Shown here piece after piece: positions 55,474-64,000 of a DNA stretch of 64,000 bases (positions are counted from its first letter, which is position 1; each line of letters begins with the position of its first letter). Source of the DNA: Octopus sinensis (lineage: Eukaryota); assembly GCF_006345805.1 (NCBI RefSeq), contig NC_042997.1, positions 34,782,001 through 34,846,000 of the forward strand, in the 5' to 3' direction. Below the pieces are notes generated by a model. It had not been told where the DNA came from. It worked only from the letters and a program-made list of their open reading frames with translations, and searched no databases. The translations under genes and the position numbers were made by a program.

Positions 55474-55925
55474 AGAGAAAAGAAATCGAAAATGGATACG
55501 TATTTACACGACGAAGTTAAATTGTTATTCGGCAAAAAATAAAAAAAAAAAAATAAAAAATAAAAATAATAAAAGAAAGAAAAGAAAAAGGAGAAGAGAA
55601 GAAAGTGTTTTGAAAATTTAAGGCAAAAAAATATTACACGGTGTGAAAATATTTTACAAATTGAGAAAATGTTATTGTAAGAAGTTTTGAAAATGTTACA
55701 AAACAATACGTCTAATGTCTTCCAGCGTTTTAGAGCGGCCAGAACAGAAAATAAAAGAAACGCAAAAATAACTTCACAAACAACAAAAGTTAAAATAAAC
55801 CAATAAAACCTCGATAAAACTGCTAAAATATATAATGAAAGTTGACGAACCGTAGACACCGATTCTTCATATTTGCCGATATATATATATATATATATAC
55901 ATACACATACATACATACACGAATG

Positions 55926-55939
<14 letters not shown>

Positions 55940-55957
<18 letters not shown>

Positions 55958-56355
55958 TTTTTTTACTTGTTTCAGTCATTTGACTGCGGCCATGCTGGAG
56001 CACCGCCTTTTAGTCGAGCAAATCGACCCCGGGACTTATTCTTTGTAAGCCCAGTACTTATTCTATCGGTCTCTTTTGCCGAACCGCTAAGTGACGGGGA
56101 CGTAAACACACCAGCATCGGTTGTCAAGCAATGCTAGGGGGACAAACACAGACACACAAACACACACACATATACATATATATACATATATACGACAGGC
56201 TTCTTTCAGTTTCCGTCTACCAAATCCACTCACAAGGCATTGGTCGGCCCGGGGCTATAGCAGAAGACACTTGCCCAAGATGCCACGGAGTGGGACTGAA
56301 CCCGGAACCATGTGGTTGGTTAGCAAGCTTCTTACCACACAGCCACTCCTGCGCC
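55940..56355 (-). mobile_element. SINE family A, full length, young, with about 25-nt poly(A) tail
   Basis: Near-identical to 33564 and 48010; T-run at 55940-55964. Confidence 0.95.
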
Positions 56356-56822
56356 TATATATATATATTCATGTATAACTGATTATGTAAAAGTCAGTAA
56401 TTGACAGATTATTCATTGAATCTAAGAGATTGCATGGGGAATAAATCAAGTCGGCATTTGAAATCAAAATATGATGTTAGGCAACATGTTAACTCCAAGT
56501 ATTTGGACGGTTACGTAGCGATAATGGTATGTTTATCATAAATACCTTATTGTTTGATCACGGAATTAAATTCAAGTCAGACTTATGTGCAATCTTGTAG
56601 TCTCTTTTCCAAAGTATTTTACAGTATCACTTTGTAGCAGAAGAAAGGAGCCTTGTTGAAATTCCCGAAATTCCCGAAATTCACTCACCATTCACGAAAT
56701 TCGCTTAGGAGGCGAGTTTTGAAATGTGTTGTAGGTGTTGCTGAATTTTCTATCAAAATATCAAAAATGCTAGTGTTCGTGTACAACTAATGTTGATCTT
56801 CTTCTTCTTCAAATTATTATTT

Positions 56823-57255
56823 GGAGGCGGTGAGCTGGCAGAATCGAAACCACGCCGATATCTATTTCTTTACTACCCAGAAGGGGCTAAACACAGAGAG
56901 GACAAACAAGGACAGACAAACGGATTAAGTCGATTATATCGACCCCAGTGCGTATCTGGTACTTATTTACTTGACCCCGAAATAATCAAAAGGCAAAGTC
57001 GACCTCAGCGGAATTTGAACTCAGATCGTAGCGGCAGAGGAAATACCGCTAAGCATTTAGCCCAACGTGCTAACGGTTCTGCCAGATCGCCGCCGATACC
57101 ATTTTGCCCGTTTTTACATTCAGGGTTCAAATTCCGCCGAGGTTGAGTTTGCCATTCATCCTTTCGGGGTCGATGAAATAAGTTCCAGTTGAACACCAGG
57201 GTCGATGTAATCGACTTATTCCCTTTGCCAGAATTGCAGGCCTTGTACCAAAACT
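56823..57255 (+). mobile_element. Older SINE family B (tail type 2) interrupted by a nested copy
   Basis: Head at 56823-56860; body resumes at 57099; tail ...GCAGGCCTTGTACCAAAA. Confidence 0.8.
56863..57090 (-). mobile_element. SINE family B (tail type 1) nested antisense
   Basis: TSD CGCCGATA(T/C)C at 56853-56862 and 57091-57100. Confidence 0.9.
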
Positions 57256-57269
57256 ATTATTATTAGTGA

Positions 57270-57450
57270 GGTGTGTGTTGGCAAAATCCTTAGCACGCCG
57301 AGTAAAATACTTAGCGGCGTTTCGTCCGTCTGTATGTTCTGGGTTCAAAGGTTGCCGAGGTCGTTTGTGCCTTTCATCCTTTCGGGGTCGATAAAATAAA
57401 TACCAGTTGAGCACTGAGGTCGATATAAGCGAGCAGACCCCTTCCTTTAT
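57270..57450 (+). mobile_element. SINE family B, older copy
   Basis: TTAGCACGCCGAGTAAAATACTTAGCGG...CCTTTCATCCTTTCGGGGTCGATAAA. Confidence 0.8.
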
Positions 57451-57509
57451 TCCCATTATTTGCCTTATTTACAATTGAAGGATATTTGTCCTCATCCTGT
57501 TTGTTGTTA

Positions 57510-57553
57510 GCACAACTTTTCAGCTGATAGTCCCTCCAGCCTTCATCAGGTAT
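57510..57553 (-). ncRNA. Type-I hammerhead ribozyme-like motif
   Basis: AUAC-CUGAUGA-A-GGCUG(10 nt)CAGCU-GAAA-AG-UU-GUG; intact CUGAUGA/GAAA core, 5-bp stem II, 3-bp stem I. Confidence 0.65.
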
Positions 57554-57609
57554 ACTGGAGAAATTTCGAACCTGGGTTCTCATTCCCAAGGTATTTTTCA
57601 ATGTTGTTG

Positions 57610-57647
<38 letters not shown>

Positions 57648-57658
57648 GTTATTATTAT

Positions 57659-58213
57659 TGAGTGAGAGAGCAGTTCATGCCATCAAAGTGACACTGGGGT
57701 AAAATATACGAAGCCCAATATACCCATCATGACTACCCGCCTGATAAAGGTACACCAGGCACATGCATCACAACCATATGTGCGCGACATGGTGATCTCA
57801 TATCAAGATAAACAGCACATGACCTTGCAGGTGGGGCCCAGTTAGAATTTTCTTCAGGTTGAGTAGCCCATCCCGCTCAAACGATCCCTGAATAAGGGTT
57901 GTTTAAGGATGTTGAAAGAACCACCCATGTTGCCAGAGGTGAACTATTCAAACCCCAAAGAATCCCTCTCAACACATGGCTATGATGCTCCCCCACTACT
58001 TCTGCTCGTGATCAGAGATGCACATATCGTCAGCCACTAAGGGACATGCTCAACTGGTTAAGGTCAAACAACTGACAAGCAAATCTGTGGTATTGAGCAG
58101 AATATTTGCTGTAGCCCATCTTTTATACCAAGACAAAACAATGTACATGATAACACTTCCAATCAGTTAAGATCAGAAGCCATGAGAGCCACTGCCTGGT
58201 ACTGCATCAGGGC
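57659..58213 (-). mobile_element. Unclassified about 555-bp interspersed element flanked by (AAT)n
   Basis: Mixed-composition block sharply bounded by (ATT)n tracts; no ORF and no tRNA head of its own. Strand inferred from the tail. Confidence 0.5.
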
Positions 58214-58261
<48 letters not shown>

Positions 58262-58691
58262 CATTATTATTATTATTATTATTGTTATTATTATCATTAT
58301 TATTATTATTATTCAGGCCATTGCCTGGAATCGAACTCGGAATCTTGGGGTTAGTAGCCCGCGCTCTTAACCACTACGCCATATCCGTCACTACAAATAT
58401 CCGTCAATTGTAAATAAGGTAAATAATGTACATAATTCCTCATCTCTTAAATATAGAACTGTACCCTCCTTTATCATCATCATCATCATCATCATCACCA
58501 TCCTCCTCCTCATCATCCTCCTCATCATCATCATCGTCATCACCACCATTTTCATCATTATCACCATCATCATCAACAACAAATTTATCATAATTTTTTC
58601 ATAACGTTTTCAGCAAATCCCCTGCAAGTTCCTACTGCACCACAAAATAGTTTCCTTTCCTTGAGGTGTTTTTGGTTTTTGATGTTCCATG

Positions 58692-58862
58692 TGGGGGTAC
58701 TAGTCGATTATATCGATCCCTGTGCTTAACCGGTACTTATTTCATCGACCCTGAAAGGATGAAAAGCAAAGTTGACCTCATCGAAATTTAAACTCAGTAC
58801 GTGAAGGCGGGCAAGATGCTGGTAGGATATTTTGTCCTGCGTGCTAATAATTCTGCCAGCTC
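58692..58862 (-). mobile_element. SINE family B, old copy
   Basis: CGACCCTGAAAGGATGAAAAGCAAAG core and CTGCCAGCTC head. Confidence 0.75.
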
Positions 58863-59410
58863 ATCATATTAACAAAATGAAATTTCAACATTCATATAGC
58901 TCTTCATCATATTTATTTAAAGTAAATCAACAACATGAAATAAAATCGCAAATTAAGAAGAACGGTAGACAACCATATTGTACATAATTGTGCTTTCCTG
59001 ATTATAATCAATCTTGATTATATTAAATGACAATACTCTACTATTAATTCTCATAGCAACACGAAATGGCTATAACGTTAAGAATAAGTGAGCTGCAAAG
59101 CTAATAAATTAAACTGACGTGACCAAAAGTCCATACCATCTCACATGCAACTGATGCAATTGGAGTGATATTGCTACACATAGATTTTTTTGTTGTTGCC
59201 ATGAGAATTTGTAAACTTTCAAAAGAACAGGAAATAATATAGTTTTGGAGTTGAATCTCGAAGTACACAAATGCTATAAATAATTCTTTCTACTGTTGGT
59301 ATTTGAACGCAGAACGTAAAATAGCGAGAAATGCACCTAAGCATTTTGTCCGACACGCTAACGATTCAGCCAGCCCGCCGCCTTCTACTTTTTGTAATAA
59401 CCTTTTCTTC

Positions 59411-59798
59411 TCTAGGCACAAGGCCCGAAATTTTGGGGGAGAGGGCCAGTTCATTAGATCGACCCCAGTACTTAACTGGTACTTAATTTATCAACCCCGA
59501 AAAGATGAAAGGCAAGGTCGACCTCGGCGGAATTTGAACTCAGAACATAAAGACAGACGAAATACCTATTTCTTTACTACCCACAAGGGGCTAAACACAG
59601 AAGGAACAAACAAGGACAGACAAACTGATTAAGTCGATTATATTGACACCAGTGCGTAACTGGTACTTATTTAGTAGACCCCGAAAGGATGAAAGACAAA
59701 GTCGACCTCGGCGGAATTTGAGCTCAGAACGTAACAGCAGACGAAATACGGCAACGCATTTCGCCCGGCGTGCTAACGTTTCTACCAGCTCGCTGCCT
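59411..59798 (-). mobile_element. SINE family B chimeric dimer (tail-1 unit joined to a tail-2 unit)
   Basis: Junction CAGACGAAATAC|CTATTTCTTTAC at 59565/59566, identical to the junction at 53704/53705. Confidence 0.88.
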
Positions 59799-60124
59799 TC
59801 TACTTCTTATAATAACAGCAATGATTTGCTATCTCATGACATTTTAAATTATGGGGAAACGGTACATTCTATAAGATCAGTTCTTGCACAAAATAGGTAC
59901 TTATTTTAGCAACAACCATCATAATTTCAATTCGGAGATATTTGAATATTCTACATCAGTTTATCCGACACGCTAGCGATTCTACCATCGAAATTGACAC
60001 ATAAAGTGCAAAAAGTTGGGATAAAGACACCAATAGATACAGATGAATTGCAAAATATCCAAGTAATTCTTAAGGATGGCATTGTAAATGTGCCATGTGT
60101 GTTCATATGTGCATCGGCACACGG

Positions 60125-60162
<38 letters not shown>

Positions 60163-60276
60163 CTGCTATCGTTAGTTGGACACTACTTATTATTTTCCTC
60201 TTATTTTGCAAAATATTTGTTCTTATATCTTGGATCGTATTAATTTGTGTTTATTAGTTTCTGTTTATTAGTTAAA

Positions 60277-60655
60277 GGCGCAGGAGTGGCTGTGTGGTAA
60301 GTAGCTTGCATACTAACCACATGATTCCGGGTTTAGTCCTACTGCGTGGCATCTCGGGCAAGTATCTTCTACTATAGCCTCGGGCCGACCAAAGCCTTGT
60401 GAGAGGATTTGGTAGATGGAAACTGAAAGAAGCCCGTCGTATATATGTATATGTGTGTGTGTTTGTGTGTCTGTGTTTGTGCCCCCAACATCGCTTGACA
60501 ACCGATGCTGATGTATTTACGTCCCAGTAACTTAGCGGTTCGGCAAAAGATACCGATAGAATAAGTCCTGAGATCGATTTGCTCGACTAAAGGCGGTGCC
60601 CCAGCATGGCCGCAGTCAAATGACTGAAACAAGTATAAGACAGTAAAGAAAGAAA
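60277..60655 (+). mobile_element. SINE family A, near full length
   Basis: Head and tail present, with a small internal deletion in the 3' body. Confidence 0.92.
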
Positions 60656-62072
60656 AGAGTCATATTTGCTAATGCATCCTCGTAAATGAACAACAATTAC
60701 AGTAATATAATCCATGCATTATATGTAATATGCATAAGTATACATGCACACACACACGTATGCATATACATGTGTGCGTATGTATGCCTGTCTGTATGTT
60801 TGTAAATGTGAGTCTGAGTGTATGTCTGTTGGTATGTTTATAAATGTGCGTTTGATTTTGTGTGTGTGTATTTGTGTATGTGCGTGTGTATGTGTTTGTG
60901 TGTATAACCATTGAAGTAGATGACTATTACGTGTTTTGTTTCAACTATATCACAGTGATTAGATATATTATGTCATATTTATTCTTCAGTCTCATCCACC
61001 ATATTTTGTGATAGTGTCCAATAGTTTTGTTTCTTGACTGATTGCCGTCTCTAGGTCTGCAGTATTATAATGTATTTAAGGAGTATTCAAAATATTATTC
61101 TATAGTTAATGTTAAAAATTTACACAGTATTTTGTGAAACCGTCGATATAGACAGACGCCAGAAAACAATACTAAAATCCTTTCTTAATATAACGATTCA
61201 TAGCTCAGCAATATTAAAAGAAATAATTTTAACTCCAAAACAAATCTTGAACTCAGAACATTGAAAACAAAGAGCACGTAAGATGAAGCTTTATATAAAA
61301 AAATTGCTTCTCACATGTGATCTTCAGCATCTCTTTTATTGATGGAGAATTTTAATTCAGAGATCTCTACGCACTCAAACTAAATAAACAATATACCTCA
61401 TTCAAAGCGAATAATATTAGACGTTCATATGGATTTGGAAAATAATGGCTTGTTCTCATCGAACAGAGACAGTTTAGAAAATTCCTGAAACGTTTCAATG
61501 ATAGAACCAGAGTTATGATCCATAAACTTGAAATAGCTATTGCAAAGTTCTTTGCAATAAGTTTTATTCATATTATCAACACGATATATATGAAAAAGAA
61601 TCTGCTCTTTATCAACATTTATAAATCTATACACACGTGTATACCTATATTTCGTATATTCTCGTTCTTTCATATGTTCCTGTGCCATATATCCCCGTTC
61701 TTTCATGTGTAACACGAAACTATGTCCATAAAACATTAAAAGCCATAATCTGAAATAAGAATGTTCTATCAAAGGTAAAAAGCCAAAAGACATCCGAAGA
61801 GTCTTTGGGAACATAAGTCAAATTCTATCGAATCACAATAACAAAAGGCTTAAAGAAAAGTATGCTTTAGATAATATAGCCTTAAATAACACAGAAAATA
61901 TAAAATGCTCAAGGCTGGAGTGTTTTGATCATGAGTGTCCTTAGTTCATTTGCACAAATAAAGTGCACATCAACGGATTAAGAAAACAAAATGTCGAATT
62001 GAGATCTGAAAAATTAGTCTAATTCGGATTCTACATAAATAGCACAATTAATAAAGAACTCACTCTTTGAAA

Positions 62073-62193
62073 CAGAGGTGGACTGAGCTGTCGGTCAATC
62101 GGGCACGCACTCTACATGTTAACTCTACTAAATTACACATTTATAGATGTGCACATTTATAGTTGTGCCCTTAATAATCTCAGTGCGCCTATG
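62073..62193. mobile_element. Small hAT-type MITE
   Basis: Perfect 8-bp TSD CTTTGAAA (62065-62072, 62194-62201); imperfect TIRs CAGAGGTGGACTGA / TCAGTGCGCCTATG. Confidence 0.8.
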
Positions 62194-62260
62194 CTTTGAA
62201 ATGAAAAAGTAACGGGTTTATATATATATATAAAAGTTGAGTTGTGGGGTATCGCACGAG

Positions 62261-63186
62261 TGGTAAAAGATTGTCAAAAGTTACATTTAAGGAAACATTG
62301 AATAATATGGGTTCAAAAAAAGTTTTTTACATAATTGTCACATTGAATATTATGCATTCAAAAAAGTTTTTTACATAATTGTCACATTGGATATTATGAA
62401 TTCAAAAATGTTTTTTTATACATAATTGTCACATTACATGTATAAATATAGTGTTTGGTAACAGAGAAGTTCAATAGTGTGATGAGAATATTTGGGAAAA
62501 TTTGGCAGAAAAGGATAAAACAAATATATTATTGGGAATTGGTTGCGTTAATTATTGGTTGTCGCAAATTGTCACATTACATGTATATATATACAATCTT
62601 TGGTATATATATACAGCCTTTTGACAGCAAAATTAAAATGGATTTTTTATACATCTCAGAATATTTTAAGTACAAGGCGAGAATATGTTTTTACTGACCT
62701 GTCGGTATTAGCAGAAAGGCTGAACTGCCTTTCTGCTAATACCGACAGGTCAGTAAAAACATATTCTCGCCTTGTACTTAAAATATTCTGAGATGTATAA
62801 AAAATCCATTTTAACTTTTGCTGTCAAAAGGCTGTATATATATACCAAAGATTGTATATATATACATGTAATGTGACAATTTGCGACAACCAATAATTAA
62901 CGCAACCAATTCCCAATAATATATTTGTTTTATCCTTTTCTGCCAAATTTTCCCAAATATTCTCATCACACTATTGAACTTCTCTGTTACCAAACACTAT
63001 ATTTATACATGTAATGTGACAATTATGTATAAAAAAACATTTTTGATTCATAATATCCAATGTGACAATTATGTAAAAAACTTTTTTGAATGCATAATAT
63101 TCAATGTGACAATTATGTAAAAAACTTTTTTTGAACCCATATTATTCAATGTTTCCTTAAATGTAACTTTTGACAATCTTTTACCA
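62261..63186. repeat. Near-perfect 926-bp palindrome (460-bp arms, 6-nt loop)
   Basis: 62261-62720 is the reverse complement of 62727-63186 except for two 1-bp indels found by manual comparison; loop TGAACT. Confidence 0.95.
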
Positions 63187-63604
63187 AAGAGTGAAACCGG
63201 TTAAGTAAATAAACATCGTTTAAATTGCATTTTCAAACCTTTTTTCTTATATATATATATATATATATACAAACACACACATATACGTACACTAAATGAA
63301 CCAACGGTATAAAGTGCATATATGCATGTGTAGGTATAAAAACGTATGTATGTTTACATACGTAAATGGAATGAGATCACTGCTTGCATATGCCAATAAA
63401 AACTTACATATACACATATATGTATTTGTGCATGTAAGTGTACGTACTTGCAAGTGCATGTTTGGATATGTGTTTTTCATTGAGGTGAGTTTAACTAAGA
63501 AATCACAAAGATTTTTTGTTTGAAACGTGATAGTTCGAATGATTTGTGATTATATAATTTGATATACATACACATGTATATGTATATATATATATATATA
63601 TTAT

Positions 63605-63663
<59 letters not shown>

Positions 63664-64000
63664 ATATCCTCTTACATATGTATATGCATACAAACATAGA
63701 AAACACAAAATCGTGTTACGTGCGGCTAATACTGGGAGTTTTGTAATCAGGTTTGATACATGAACAGTTAATCAATTAAACTTATGTCAAAGGATTGACA
63801 ATTGGGTATTGTGATTTTAAGAGTCTCTGAAGGCATTAAAGGGGTTAAGTGACATAGCTACAACTAGCTTTAGAATCTGGCTTACTGGTATGGATCGCCG
63901 GACGCTAACGACTTGGAAACGGTGAGAAAATATCATGCTTGTGAGGATGGAGTAGATCGGCTTCCTAAGATTCATTGTCATGGACACAAAGGCATTTCAG

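Larger units (their letters stand above)
57456..58387 (-). mobile_element. Putative composite SINE: tRNA head, (AAT)n linker, hammerhead-bearing 3' body; linker interrupted by an insertion
   Basis: tRNA-like head 58387-58314 (TGGCGTAGTGG, GAGTTCGATTCC); (AAT)n tracts on both sides of 57659-58213; body 57605-57456 contains CTGATGA...GAAA. Confidence 0.65.

Noticed and set aside
57659-58213. U1 snRNA-like snippets (TACCAGGCAG, GTAGTGGGGG) on the minus strand
   Set aside because: Spacing is about 200 nt versus about 125 nt in U1, and the intervening sequence does not match.
58314-58387. Possible tRNA-Ser(ACT) gene
   Set aside because: A and B boxes are present, but the acceptor and anticodon stems do not pair and it runs into (AAT)n; treated as a SINE head.
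61425-61814. 129-aa minus-strand ORF with an internal acceptor-like TTCTTATTTCAG
   Set aside because: No recognisable domain, an internal short duplication (ATGAAAGAACG twice) and no partner exons; BLASTP or RNA-seq is needed before a call.
62300-62460. CRISPR-like array of about 44-bp units
   Set aside because: These are contiguous degenerate tandem repeats without unique spacers or cas genes, in eukaryotic DNA.

Overview
AT-rich eukaryotic DNA, dense in microsatellites and almost entirely non-coding. The SINE families and repeat landscape look like a coleoid cephalopod, probably Octopus (inference from pattern recognition, no database search). No host protein-coding gene can be supported, and most ORF-track entries are translations of microsatellites or SINEs. 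The window holds: at least five tRNA-derived or SINE-like families; three Helitron-type elements (one with a PIF1 helicase remnant); mariner and hAT relics; an R4-clade LINE fragment; an internally deleted Ty3/Gypsy element with both LTRs; and several degraded Penelope-like (PLE) fragments. Four main leads stand out. (1) There are several minimal type-I hammerhead-ribozyme motifs, one inside an apparent tRNA-headed SINE with an inverted terminal duplication (57456-58470). (2) One SINE family repeatedly integrates at GGTAT, including inside itself. (3) A near-perfect 926-bp palindrome lies at 62261-63186. (4) A compact E2F/E-box/CCAAT/TATA/Inr promoter-like cluster sits near 13.2-13.35 kb. Coordinates were counted by hand, and boundaries of degenerate elements are approximate.
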